Positions 53,885 to 63,913 of a DNA stretch of 64,000 nucleotides are shown piece by piece. The stretch is taken from positions 13,148-77,147 of the forward strand of contig CANKCB010000006.1 of NCBI GenBank assembly GCA_947480335.1. The letters are read 5' to 3'. The position numbers and the translations under genes were made by a program. The notes under the pieces were generated by a model. The model was given only the letters and a program-made list of their open reading frames with translations. It was not told the origin of the DNA and searched no databases. This DNA comes from Gammaproteobacteria bacterium. GTDB taxonomy: Bacteria > Pseudomonadota > Gammaproteobacteria > Eutrophobiales > Eutrophobiaceae. Numbering within the stretch: position 1 is the first letter of the stretch; each line of letters begins with the position of its first letter.

Positions 53885-53925
53885 ATCTCCCCATCAGGGA
53901 CATCCTTGATGGGGAGATTTATAAT
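53885..53925 (+). terminator. Rho-independent terminator downstream of pyk remnant
   Basis: 12-bp stem ATCTCCCCATCA / TGATGGGGAGAT with a 9-nt loop, followed by TTTATAAT. Confidence 0.55.
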
Positions 53926-54044
53926 AGGGGACTTCAAGGGGTCAGAGAACTTGATGTGTGGAATAAATAAATTGCCCTGCGAGCGTTCATGTCAAACTGG
54001 ATTCCCGCCCTCGCGGTAATGATGCCTTGAAGAAAAGTGCTGTA

Positions 54045-54074
54045 TCTCCTCACTCCTTACCCCTCACCTTAACC
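54045..54074. repeat. Member of the same C/T-rich repeat family
   Basis: TCTCCTCACTCCTTACCCCTCACCTTAACC at the 3' end of the DUF934 gene. Shares CTCACTCCT and TTACCCCTC with the other copies. Confidence 0.45.
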
Positions 54075-54552
54075 TATACACCGGCAAGGCGCCATCCGCG
54101 GCAGTCTGATATTTGACAGTAAAGTCATTGAAAGCCTTCAATGCATCTTCGATATCCTTGTCCTTGCGGATAAAGAACGAATTGAAACCACAGCGCTTCA
54201 TATAGAACAACTGATCCCGCAAGACATCACCAACCGCGCGCAGGTCGCCTTTAAATCCATAACGGTCACGCAACAATCTTGCATGACTATAACAACGTCC
54301 GTCCTTGAAGGCGGGGAAATCGAGAGCAATCAGGTTGAACTTGCCAATATGAGTGGCGATATCTTCAATCTTGTCTTCACCATTCAGGCATACCGCAAGC
54401 TTGCCGCGATGATTCGCCAGCTTGTCCTGGTTTTGTTGCCAGTATTTAAATGGCAGAATCAAGTCACCGTCTGGAATTGGCTGATCCGCTGTTACGGTAT
54501 CCACTCTGGTCCAGCTATCTTCAAGAATCTGATTATCCTTAATCACGCGCAT
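54064..54552 (-). CDS. DUF934-domain protein (sulfite-reductase-associated)
   Basis: 162 aa and conserved DUF934 architecture. Sits immediately downstream of the nitrite/sulfite reductase gene, as in many proteobacteria. Confidence 0.65.
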   Translation of the reverse strand: MRVIKDNQILEDSWTRVDTVTADQPIPDGDLILPFKYWQQNQDKLANHRGKLAVCLNGEDKIEDIATHIGKFNLIALDFPAFKDGRCYSHARLLRDRYGFKGDLRAVGDVLRDQLFYMKRCGFNSFFIRKDKDIEDALKAFNDFTVKYQTAADGALPVYRLR

Positions 54553-54554
54553 GG

Positions 54555-56231
54555 CTATTCTCCTTCTGCCTGTGCAACACTGCCGTTATAGATCCGTTGT
54601 TTGAACGGTTCTATTCCGATACGTCGGTAGGTATCGAGAAAGCGCTCATCTTCATGACGCTTTTCAACATAGACATCCAGTAACTTGCCGATGGTATCAG
54701 CGACTTCCTTCTGGGCTATGGCTGGCCCCAGACGATCACCCAGAGCCGCATCCTCGGCAGGCGAACCGCCGAGCGTTAACTGGTAAAACTCCTCGCCTTT
54801 CTTGTCTACACCCAGTATACCGATATGGCCAACATGGTGATGACCACAGGCATTCATACAACCGGACATCTTGATCTGGATATCACCAATATCATGCAGA
54901 TAATCCATATCATTAAACTTGCTGTTGATCTGGTTGGCTATCGGAATTGAACCTGCATTTGCCAGTGAACAAAAATCCAGTCCCGGGCAACAAATCATGT
55001 CTGTCAGTAATCCGATATTCGGTGTAGCCAGATTCTGTGTTTTCAGCGCGGTCCACAAGGCATATAAGTCTCCCTGTTTAACATGGGCAAACACCAGATT
55101 CTGATCGTGGGTGGCGCGAATTTCACTGGCGCTATATTTATCTGCCAGATCCGCAATAAATTCCATCTGAGTATCGGTCACATCGCCCGGGGGAATACCC
55201 GGCATCTTCAGTGAAATATACACCCCCCGGTAACCGGCCACCTTGTGTGGTTTGACATTGCGTTTGACCCAGTTGGCAAAGCCGGTATCTGTGGACAGTT
55301 TTTGTCCAAAGCTGGTATCGGCTGCGGCCTTACTGTCATAGGGTGGATCCAGAAAATATTTTTTCACCCGGTCAATTTCTTTCTGATCCAGCAACAATAC
55401 AGAATCTCTAATCTGCAGCCATTCCTGCTCGACCATTTCAGCAAATTTTTCCGGCCCAATCGCTTTTACCAGTATCTTGATACGCGCCTTGTGGATATTG
55501 TCACGTCGTCCGAACAGGTTATAGACACGCAGTATCGCTTCCAGATAGGACAACAGATACTTTTTCTCCAGAAACTCCTTGATGAAAGCGCCGATGTACG
55601 GCAAGCGACCCAGACCGCCCCCGACAAGAATACGAAAACCGACTTCACCCTGATCATTTTTTACTACGTAAATACCGATATCGTGTACCTGCACAGCAGC
55701 CCGATCTTTTACTGCACCGGAGACAGCAATCTTGAACTTACGCGGCAAATAGGAGAATTCCGGGTGGAAAGTCGACCATTGACGAATAATTTCACAATAG
55801 GATCTGGGATCTTCAATTTCATCTTCGGCCACCCCGGCAAAATGATCGGAGGTGATATTGCGTATGCAGTTGCCACTGGTCTGGATGGCGTGCATTTCAA
55901 CACTGGCCAGATCCGCGAGGATATCCGGCACCGTTTCCAGTCTCGGCCAGTTGTACTGGATATTCTGGCGGGTACTGAAATGACCATAACCCTTGTCATA
56001 TTTACGGGCAATATGGCCCAGCATGCGCAACTGGTCAGACGACAACAGTCCGTAGGGTATCGACACCCTCAGCATGGGAGCATAACGCTGGATATAAAGA
56101 CCATTCATCAGGCGTAAGGGCCTGAATTCGTCTTCAGATAACTCTCCGGTCAGAAAGCGACGGGTCTGGTCACGAAACTGCTCTACCCTTTCGTTTACGA
56201 TAGTTCTGTCATATTCGTCGTATATATACAT
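54555..56231 (-). CDS. Assimilatory nitrite/sulfite reductase hemoprotein (ferredoxin/CysI-like, siroheme-[4Fe-4S])
   Basis: 558 aa. Cysteine cluster CPGLDFC...SGCMNACGHHH typical of the siroheme-4Fe4S site, and NiR/SiR ferredoxin-like half domains. Confidence 0.8.
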   Translation of the reverse strand: MYIYDEYDRTIVNERVEQFRDQTRRFLTGELSEDEFRPLRLMNGLYIQRYAPMLRVSIPYGLLSSDQLRMLGHIARKYDKGYGHFSTRQNIQYNWPRLETVPDILADLASVEMHAIQTSGNCIRNITSDHFAGVAEDEIEDPRSYCEIIRQWSTFHPEFSYLPRKFKIAVSGAVKDRAAVQVHDIGIYVVKNDQGEVGFRILVGGGLGRLPYIGAFIKEFLEKKYLLSYLEAILRVYNLFGRRDNIHKARIKILVKAIGPEKFAEMVEQEWLQIRDSVLLLDQKEIDRVKKYFLDPPYDSKAAADTSFGQKLSTDTGFANWVKRNVKPHKVAGYRGVYISLKMPGIPPGDVTDTQMEFIADLADKYSASEIRATHDQNLVFAHVKQGDLYALWTALKTQNLATPNIGLLTDMICCPGLDFCSLANAGSIPIANQINSKFNDMDYLHDIGDIQIKMSGCMNACGHHHVGHIGILGVDKKGEEFYQLTLGGSPAEDAALGDRLGPAIAQKEVADTIGKLLDVYVEKRHEDERFLDTYRRIGIEPFKQRIYNGSVAQAEGE

Positions 56232-56443
56232 CGTTGCTCTTTACGGATTCCGTATGTGGTGAATTTCAGGGCTGCAAAAGATAACAATAATTTGATATTC
56301 ATCAAAGTAATATATCTTGCTAAGAATATAACAATATTGCGGAAATCAGGATTTCAGTCCATTCCGGCAGGAATTTAGAGGAAAACGGTCTGAAATCCGG
56401 GTGATTCAGAACCGCCAATACAGCCGTACTACGCTATTAAAGT

Positions 56444-56662
56444 TCAGAGATATTTGTATTGGGCAATCAGGGCACGTCCCTTGCGGGTAACATAACCTTC
56501 AGTATCGATAAAACCGCGCAACTTTGCTTCGGAATATAACGTACCCGATTTGTTATGCTTGGGCAAATACACCAGACCATCACCATAACGGTATTGCAGT
56601 ATCATGGCGATTTGCGATTCCGGTGCTTCCGGCTCTAACGAACTTTGTAATAATGCTGACAT
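56444..56662 (-). CDS. Hypothetical small protein
   Basis: 72-aa ORF with a plausible promoter-distal position. No family recognised. Confidence 0.3.
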   Translation of the reverse strand: MSALLQSSLEPEAPESQIAMILQYRYGDGLVYLPKHNKSGTLYSEAKLRGFIDTEGYVTRKGRALIAQYKYL

Positions 56663-56897
56663 AGTGGTGCTTCCCCGCCTCCAGACTACTTAAACAATTT
56701 TCTTAGTAATAACAGTAAATTACCTTATTACATGAAGTTATATAATTCATCTTATATTTAATGTCAATAGAATCAGCTAAATCATTGTTCATTAAAAACA
56801 AGCTGACAGTTGCTCCCCTCTCTTCCAGGCTTATCTCCCGGAGCAGAAACAGGATGATTTTCAGGTATTAGGACAGATCAGAACGCTAACTGGTTCA

Positions 56898-58007
56898 TTA
56901 ATCGGATAAATGTTCCAGTGCGAGGAATTCACGACTTTGCATCTCGATCAAACGACTACTGGTACGTTCGAAACTACCCACCAGACGCTTGCCCTGATAC
57001 AAATCACTGGCGGGTACAGCTGCTGTTAAAATCAACTTTACATTACGATCATAAAATTCATCCACCAGGGTAATAAACCGTCTGACCTGATCATTCTGCT
57101 CCTCCCCCATTTGTGGTACGTTTGCTATCAGCACCGTCTGGAACTGCCTGGCCAGTTCAATATAGTCTGCCGGTCCTCTGGGTCCATCACAGATCGCCTT
57201 AAAGTCAAACCAGACCACACCTTCTGCACAACGCACCACCTGAATCTTGCGCTTCTCTATCTCAATCGTTCCACCCGACCTGCCAGGATTTGGCGCTATA
57301 TGCTCAAAATTGGTGGCCAACATGCTGTCAGCATGTTGGTCGAGCGGATAATGATAGATTTCTGCACTGTCGAGATAGCGCAGGCGGTAATCAATTCCGG
57401 AATCGAGATTAAATACCTGACAATGGGTCTTGATGAGTTCTATCGCAGGCAGAAACCGATCCCGCTGCAAGCCACCCGCATAAAGATTATCCGGAGGCTG
57501 ATTTGAAGTGGCCACCAGTGTCACCCCCCGTGCATACAGGGCGTCGAGCAGTCCACTGAGCAACATCGCATCGGTAATATCGGACACATGGAATTCATCA
57601 AAACAAATCACGCAGGCCTGTCTGGCAAAGTCATCCGCCACCTTATGCAAGGGATATTCAATATCATGTAACTGCTTTAGTTCATGATGCACACGTTGCA
57701 TGAAACGGTGAAAATGAATGCGCAGCTTGTTATCAAATGGCAGGCTTTCATAGAATGAATCCACAATGCGGGTCTTGCCTCGTCCGACACCGCCCCAGAA
57801 GTAAATTCCCCTGACCGTTTCTGTAGCATGACCGGATAGTTTCTGTTTAATCCGTGCAAACAAACCCTGGCGTTGACTGGCTGATTTTAGCAACTGTTCA
57901 TATAAAGACTGGGTCAACATCACCGCCTGATACTGGTTGGGATCATCCATGATTTCAGAGCGATCCAGATCGTGTTGATAGCGTTCCAGTGGGGTAAGTT
58001 TACTCAT
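56898..58007 (-). CDS. zapE: Cell-division protein ZapE (AFG1-like ATPase)
   Basis: 369 aa with Walker A GGVGRGKTRIVD. YhcM/AFG1 family. Confidence 0.8.
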   Translation of the reverse strand: MSKLTPLERYQHDLDRSEIMDDPNQYQAVMLTQSLYEQLLKSASQRQGLFARIKQKLSGHATETVRGIYFWGGVGRGKTRIVDSFYESLPFDNKLRIHFHRFMQRVHHELKQLHDIEYPLHKVADDFARQACVICFDEFHVSDITDAMLLSGLLDALYARGVTLVATSNQPPDNLYAGGLQRDRFLPAIELIKTHCQVFNLDSGIDYRLRYLDSAEIYHYPLDQHADSMLATNFEHIAPNPGRSGGTIEIEKRKIQVVRCAEGVVWFDFKAICDGPRGPADYIELARQFQTVLIANVPQMGEEQNDQVRRFITLVDEFYDRNVKLILTAAVPASDLYQGKRLVGSFERTSSRLIEMQSREFLALEHLSD

Positions 58008-58190
58008 GTCTAATAAATTCAGCTATTTACAACTTTTATCCCGTTGGTACGTTTGTCTCTTGATGTAATACTGACCACCGTTGGCAATCAGCGGATCGTC
58101 CCCCTGCTAGTTCACAGAGATGTATTGAGTTTACAACATAGCCCATCGTTACGCAGCTTCATTACCATCGTCAAAAGCGCCAACAGACGC

Positions 58191-59384
58191 TCATGAACCC
58201 ACATCTAACGCAGGACTGATTTTGCGCATCAACACCAGCAACAGGGAGATGGCGGCAAACCCGGCGCCGCAATAAAACGTCATGGCCGCGCCAAACATGT
58301 CCCACACCACTCCGGCGACCAGGCTGGCCAGTAACATGGCAATACCACTGACCAGATAAAACAGACCAAAACCGGATCCACGCAATTTTTTCGGTGAGGC
58401 ATCCGCTACCATGGTTGCCAGCAAACCCTGGGTAATACCCATATGCAGTCCCCATAACACCACTCCGGCAAAAATACTGGTTAGTGTGTGTGCCTGTGCC
58501 AGCAACAAGTCGGCAGCCAGTAATACCAGCAAACCTGCCACCATCAGGTAATTTCGATCGATTCGGTCGGCCAGTTTGCCAGCGGGATAAGCCGAAAGTG
58601 CATAGAGGATATTCATTATAATAAGAATGACAGGCGCATAGGTATCCGGTAAACCCGCTGCCCGGGCGCGAAGAATCAAAAACGCTTCACTAAAACGCGC
58701 CAGGGTAAAAAAACCGCCCATCACTACGACCCACCAGAACGCCGGAGAGAACTGCCTCAGTGTAGAATATTGCAGTGGCGGGGCCAGCTCACCCTGCTCA
58801 CGAATTGAATTCGGCTCACTGATCCCGACAAACAGTAAGATGACTGACAGAATGGCCGGTAGCGTGGCAAACCAGAACACCTGCCTGAAATCCCCTTCGT
58901 AGTAAAGCATTAACAGAATGGCCAGCCCAGGTCCTACAAATGCGCCGATGGTATCCAATGACTGACGCAAGCCATATGCCGCTCCGCGAATATTGCTCGA
59001 CACCATGTCAGCTACCAACGCATCTCTTGGGGCACCCCGTATTCCCTTGCCGATTCGGTCCATAAACCGCGCAAAGAAGGCCCAGTAAACGGTGGTTGCA
59101 AGTGCAAAGGCCGGTTTTGACAAGGCACTCAGACCATATCCAAAAACAGCCAATCCCTTGCGACGTCCCAGCCAGTCACTGAGTACGCCTGAAAAAATCT
59201 TGATGATTAGTGCAGCAGCTTCTGCAATCCCTTCAATCATACCGACCATCATCACACTGGCACCGAGTGATGAGACCATAAACACAGGCAACAGACTGTG
59301 TATCAGTTCGGAAGACATATCCATGAACATGCTGACAAAGCCCAGCACCCACACCCCTCGCGGAATTTTATGCAACGGACTCAT
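58191..59384 (-). CDS. MFS transporter
   Basis: 397 aa and 12 TM helices. MFS motif GxLaDrxGrR-like (LSDWLGRRKG). Confidence 0.7.
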   Translation of the reverse strand: MSPLHKIPRGVWVLGFVSMFMDMSSELIHSLLPVFMVSSLGASVMMVGMIEGIAEAAALIIKIFSGVLSDWLGRRKGLAVFGYGLSALSKPAFALATTVYWAFFARFMDRIGKGIRGAPRDALVADMVSSNIRGAAYGLRQSLDTIGAFVGPGLAILLMLYYEGDFRQVFWFATLPAILSVILLFVGISEPNSIREQGELAPPLQYSTLRQFSPAFWWVVVMGGFFTLARFSEAFLILRARAAGLPDTYAPVILIIMNILYALSAYPAGKLADRIDRNYLMVAGLLVLLAADLLLAQAHTLTSIFAGVVLWGLHMGITQGLLATMVADASPKKLRGSGFGLFYLVSGIAMLLASLVAGVVWDMFGAAMTFYCGAGFAAISLLLVLMRKISPALDVGS

Positions 59385-59406
59385 ATACGAATGTCCATAT
59401 AAACTT

Positions 59407-60510
59407 TCAGAATAACTCCATCTGGCTTTTTTGCTTGCCGGGGCGCTGGAACCGAGTGGTATCCAGCTGGATACGACTCCGGTTCAATCCGAGTCGCTCA
59501 CAAATTTTGCGAAACCGTTGGTCAATAATGGCGGCATAGATACCTGTGCCACGCATACGAGACATAAATTGCGGATCATTGTCCTTGCCACTACGAATAT
59601 CCATGATCCGGTTCATTACATGCCCCGCTTTTAACGGGTAATGCGTTTGCAGCCATTCACGAAACAACAATTTCACCTCATGGGGCAATCGCAGCATAAC
59701 ATAGCCGGCCGTGATTGCTCCGGCTTCTGCCGCCTGTGTCAGTACTGCTTCAATTTCAGAATCGTTCAATACGGGAATAATGGGTGCAAACATCACTCCA
59801 ACCGGGATACCCGCCTGTTTCAGGCATGCAATTGTTTGTAACCTTCGTCGCGGTGCAGTGGCACGAGGTTCCATTTTACGGGCCAGTTCATTATCAAAGG
59901 TGGTAATCGAGATAAACACCTGCACCAGATTGTTTCTGGCCATCTCTGTGAGGATATCCAGATCCCTTTCTACCAGTGATGACTTGGTCACAATCGTCAA
60001 GGGGTGCGAGGTTTCATGCAATACTTCCAGCAGCTGGCGCGTAATCTGCCACTCTCGTTCTATCGGTTGATACGGATCTGTATTGCTACCAAATGCTATT
60101 GGCGTGCACTGGTAGTTACGCTTGCTGATTTCCGCTCTGAGCAATTTTGCCGCATCTGGTTTGGCAAACAACCGTGTTTCAAAATCAATTCCGGGAGACA
60201 AATCCATGTACGCATGGGTCGGGCGGGCGTAACAATAGATACAGCCATGCTCACAACCACGGTAGGGATTGATCGAGGCATCAAACGGTATGTCAGGTGA
60301 CTGGTTACGACTGATGATCGTGAGCGGATGTTCAACTGTAACGGTAGTTGCCAGCGGTGGCAGATCCTCCTCCATATCCCAGCCGTCATTAACCTTTTCT
60401 TTTGTGGTGGCCAAATAGCGCGAGCCCACCTTATTGGTGGTTCCCCTGCCGCGCACAAACTTGTCTGTCTTGTCTTTTTCCACCGATGAGGGTTCCAGCT
60501 GTATTGCCAC
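59407..60510 (-). CDS. Radical SAM protein, PA0069/SplB-like (DNA-repair-photolyase-like) family
   Basis: CEHGCIYCYARP is a CxxxCxYC-type radical-SAM motif in a ~360-aa protein of this family. Confidence 0.65.
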   Translation of the reverse strand: MAIQLEPSSVEKDKTDKFVRGRGTTNKVGSRYLATTKEKVNDGWDMEEDLPPLATTVTVEHPLTIISRNQSPDIPFDASINPYRGCEHGCIYCYARPTHAYMDLSPGIDFETRLFAKPDAAKLLRAEISKRNYQCTPIAFGSNTDPYQPIEREWQITRQLLEVLHETSHPLTIVTKSSLVERDLDILTEMARNNLVQVFISITTFDNELARKMEPRATAPRRRLQTIACLKQAGIPVGVMFAPIIPVLNDSEIEAVLTQAAEAGAITAGYVMLRLPHEVKLLFREWLQTHYPLKAGHVMNRIMDIRSGKDNDPQFMSRMRGTGIYAAIIDQRFRKICERLGLNRSRIQLDTTRFQRPGKQKSQMELF

Positions 60511-60696
60511 TTCCGGGTTTTAATGACGTTTATTGTTAAAAGCAGGGAAATATTCCATGATTCCGGCATGTACTATTGCTATGCTTGCCAGCAGGAGTAT
60601 GGTCAACGAGCCAGCCCTATAGGCTGTACGGGAATACAACACACCGCGACTCATTAAATAATAGACCTGATAAGCTGCATCCATTATAAATAATAT

Positions 60697-62022
60697 ATGT
60701 TTCCACCCATAGTATCTGAAATCATCCTGCTGGCCGTGTTGCTGTTGCTGATCTGGCAACTGTTGAGGCAATCACCGTCTGACAAGACCGATCTGACCAG
60801 ACTGGATACCCGTCTGGAAGAACAGGGTAGACGGCTGGGCCAGCTGGAAGAACGGCTGGGTGACCTGAAGCTGTCACAACAGGATGCACAAGCCCAGTTA
60901 AGAGAGCGACTAACCAGCTCTTTTGCAGAATTTCGTGAAGAGTTACGTAGCATCCTCTCTGAACACAATACCCGCTTCGAACAGCGGCAGGCAGAGACCA
61001 CCAAAGCCCTGTCCGAATCAATGCAATCCGGAATTACCAACCTGCAAAAACAAATCGGTGATTACCTGAACCGCTACAGTGAGGATCTGGGTAAGCGCAT
61101 GGAAGTTCTGACCAGCAAGACGGATGAACGACTACAGCAAATTTCCGGTCAGGTTGAAAAACGCCTGACTGAAGGCTTTGAAAAGACTACCGCTACCTTT
61201 GCCGATATTCTCAAACGTCTGGCACTGATTGATGAAGCCCAGAAAAAGATTACGGAATTATCAACCAATGTGGTCAGTTTGCAAGAAATCCTGGCAGACA
61301 AACGCTCGCGCGGTGCATTTGGTGAAGTACAGCTGAATGCACTGGTTGCCAATGTCATGCCGGAACATACCTGGCAGACACAATATACGCTACCCAATAA
61401 CAGTATTGCCGATTGTGTGCTGTTTTTACCTGAACCTACCGGCATGTTGGCAATCGATTCGAAATTCCCGCTCGAATCCTATAAACGCATGACGGACATT
61501 TCCACACCGGATAGCGATAGAAAAATGGCCGAGCGACAGTTCCGTCAGGACATCAGCAAGCATATACAGGATATTTCTTCCAAATATATACTGCCCGGCA
61601 TCACCTCGGACGGCGCGATGATGTTCATACCTGCTGAGGCGGTATTTGCAGAGATTCACGCCCACTATCCCGATTTGGTCGACAAGGCACATGCGGCAAG
61701 GGTCTGGATGGTCTCTCCGACTACCCTTTGGGCCGTGCTCAATACCTCACGCAGTGTATTGCGTGACGCCGCCACGCGGGAACAGGTGCACATTATCCAG
61801 GAACATCTTGGTTTGTTGGGCAAGGATTTCGGACGTTTCCAGAAACGCATGGATGATCTGGAAAAACACATCAAGCAGGCACATGAAGACGTGGAAAACG
61901 TCAATATCTCGGCACGCAAAATCTCGGCACGCTTTGAAAAAATAGAACGCGTTGAACTGACAAATGATAAGGACATCACAACAGCGGTTTTGTCTGTAGA
62001 CGATGATGACAAAATCCCCTAG
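60697..62022 (+). CDS. rmuC: DNA recombination protein RmuC
   Basis: N-terminal TM and a long coiled-coil with repeated LxxLEERL. C-terminal RmuC nuclease-like domain. Confidence 0.8.
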   Translation: MFPPIVSEIILLAVLLLLIWQLLRQSPSDKTDLTRLDTRLEEQGRRLGQLEERLGDLKLSQQDAQAQLRERLTSSFAEFREELRSILSEHNTRFEQRQAETTKALSESMQSGITNLQKQIGDYLNRYSEDLGKRMEVLTSKTDERLQQISGQVEKRLTEGFEKTTATFADILKRLALIDEAQKKITELSTNVVSLQEILADKRSRGAFGEVQLNALVANVMPEHTWQTQYTLPNNSIADCVLFLPEPTGMLAIDSKFPLESYKRMTDISTPDSDRKMAERQFRQDISKHIQDISSKYILPGITSDGAMMFIPAEAVFAEIHAHYPDLVDKAHAARVWMVSPTTLWAVLNTSRSVLRDAATREQVHIIQEHLGLLGKDFGRFQKRMDDLEKHIKQAHEDVENVNISARKISARFEKIERVELTNDKDITTAVLSVDDDDKIP

Positions 62023-62121
62023 CATTCCTTAAAGACAGAACACCTGATTACTGCTGCATACCCAGAAACCCCATATACGGACACACCCGCCTTCCCCGGA
62101 CGGACATTCCCGGCACCTGAA

Positions 62122-62928
62122 ATGAAAAAACTGAAAGCAATTATTTTCGATATGGACGGCACCCTTGCGGATACCGAGGAAATCCATCGCCAGTCGTTTA
62201 ATACGGCATTCAGTGAATTCGGTATAGCTTGTCATTGGGACCAGCATGAATATAAACAGTTGCTTGCCATATCCGGTGGACGTGAACGCTTGACCCAATA
62301 CCTGCAAATTCATACTCACCTCGGGGTACGTCCCGAAGCCTTGACAGAGATCGTCGACAAACTGCATAAACGTAAATCGGCGATATACAGACAAAATCTG
62401 ATCAACGGTCATGTCGGACTGCGTCCAGGCGTACGTCGGTTAATTGACGATGCCAAAAGTCAGGGTGTCAATCTGGCGATCGCGACCAGCTCTTCTTCCA
62501 GAAATGTCGATACGCTGTTAAAAGTGGTATTGGGTGAAAATGCACTGGATCTGTTCAGTGCAATTGTTACCAGCGACGAGGTCGATGAGAAGAAACCATC
62601 CCCTGCGGTTTATCTTTATGCACTCGAAACGCTTGGACTGGAGGCTGAAAACTGCGTTGCCCTGGAAGATACCTGCAATGGCAATCTCGCTGCCTTGACC
62701 GCCGGGCTTAGAACAATTGTAACTACCCATTTCTTTACGGCAGACGATGATTTCAGTGGCGCATCGCTGATTGTCAATCATCTCGGCGACCCCGGCAATC
62801 TGCCAATAATGACTCCTGCCACTGTCTTTGGACAGCAGTATGTTGATGTCAGCCTGCTCGAACGAATACTTGATCAGGAACCCGTGATTATTCAACCCGT
62901 AAAGACAGAAACGATTATTGTCGTTTAG
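62122..62928 (+). CDS. cbbY: HAD-superfamily hydrolase, CbbY-like (subfamily IA)
   Basis: MKKLKAIIFDMDGTLADTEEIHRQSFNTAF... is a DxDGT motif I. Overall pattern resembles CbbY of autotrophs. Confidence 0.6.
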   Translation: MKKLKAIIFDMDGTLADTEEIHRQSFNTAFSEFGIACHWDQHEYKQLLAISGGRERLTQYLQIHTHLGVRPEALTEIVDKLHKRKSAIYRQNLINGHVGLRPGVRRLIDDAKSQGVNLAIATSSSSRNVDTLLKVVLGENALDLFSAIVTSDEVDEKKPSPAVYLYALETLGLEAENCVALEDTCNGNLAALTAGLRTIVTTHFFTADDDFSGASLIVNHLGDPGNLPIMTPATVFGQQYVDVSLLERILDQEPVIIQPVKTETIIVV

Positions 62929-62998
62929 AAAGCCGGCATAGCCGTACTCTATTACTTTGGTGCTATAATCAGGCCATCATTTTCAGAATATTGAATCC

Positions 62999-63913
62999 AT
63001 GACGCTGACAGAACTACGCTATATTGTCGCCGTGGCCCGCGAACTGCATTTTGGTCGTGCGGCTACAGCCTGTTTTGTCAGTCAGCCTACGCTCAGTGTG
63101 GCCATCAAGAAACTGGAAGATGAACTGGGCATCGCCCTGTTTGAACGTCACAAACATGATGTCACTGTCACTCCAGTCGGGGAAAAAATAGTCGAGCAGG
63201 CCCAGCGTGTACTGGAACAGGCGAGAACCATCCGTTTGTTGGCCGAAGAAGGCAAGGATCCACTCAAGGGCAGTCTGAAACTCGGGGCGATCTATACCAT
63301 TGGTCCTTATTTGCTTCCCAAGATCATTCCGTTGTTGCATCAAAGCGCACCGGATTTAACCCTGATTATTGATGAAGATTACACCGCCAATCTTGCCAAT
63401 AAACTCAGTCAGGGTGATCTGGACATGGTCATTGTGTCCACGCCGTTTAACGTACCGGGCATCATTACAGAAGTACTATATAAGGAACCGTTTGTCGTCG
63501 TACTGCCGAAACACCATCCACTGGCACAAAAAAAATCCATCAAGGCAGAAGATCTGACGGACGAAACACTGTTACTACTCAAATCGGGAAACTGTTTCAG
63601 GGATCAGGTGATGGAAGTGTGTCCAGCCTGCCGGACGGATGTATTTACACGTAACAGCATTCAGCAGACACTCGAAGGTAGTTCGATTGAAACCATACGC
63701 CAGATGGTAATGGCAGGCACCGGAATAACCGTGCTTCCGAACAGTTCGGTTAACTACACCAGTAAGGAAAACTCACTGCTGGAGTATCGACCCTTTGCAC
63801 GACCTGTGCCAAAACGTGAAGTTGCACTCGCCTGGCGTGAAAGTTATCCACGTACGAAACTGATTCAGTTAATGATCGATACGATCTCCCGCTGTAAGTT
63901 TCCAGTGCTCTAA
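62999..63913 (+). CDS. oxyR: LysR-family transcriptional regulator, OxyR-like
   Basis: HTH LRYIVAVARELHFGRAATACFVSQPTLSVAIKKLEDELG resembles OxyR. Redox cysteines are present in conserved context (GNCFRDQ...VCPAC). Confidence 0.7.
   Translation: MTLTELRYIVAVARELHFGRAATACFVSQPTLSVAIKKLEDELGIALFERHKHDVTVTPVGEKIVEQAQRVLEQARTIRLLAEEGKDPLKGSLKLGAIYTIGPYLLPKIIPLLHQSAPDLTLIIDEDYTANLANKLSQGDLDMVIVSTPFNVPGIITEVLYKEPFVVVLPKHHPLAQKKSIKAEDLTDETLLLLKSGNCFRDQVMEVCPACRTDVFTRNSIQQTLEGSSIETIRQMVMAGTGITVLPNSSVNYTSKENSLLEYRPFARPVPKREVALAWRESYPRTKLIQLMIDTISRCKFPVL

Noticed and set aside
55245-56117. 290-aa ORF on the plus strand inside the sulfite reductase gene
   Set aside because: It lies antisense to a gene with strong family signatures (siroheme-Fe4S4 Cys cluster). 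It has no motifs, an odd composition and no ribosome-binding site.
60520-60771. 83-aa minus-strand ORF overlapping the rmuC start
   Set aside because: It overlaps the rmuC 5' end, has a Gln-rich, low-complexity N-terminus and no support. It is possibly a tiny membrane protein if started at MDAAY, but evidence is insufficient.
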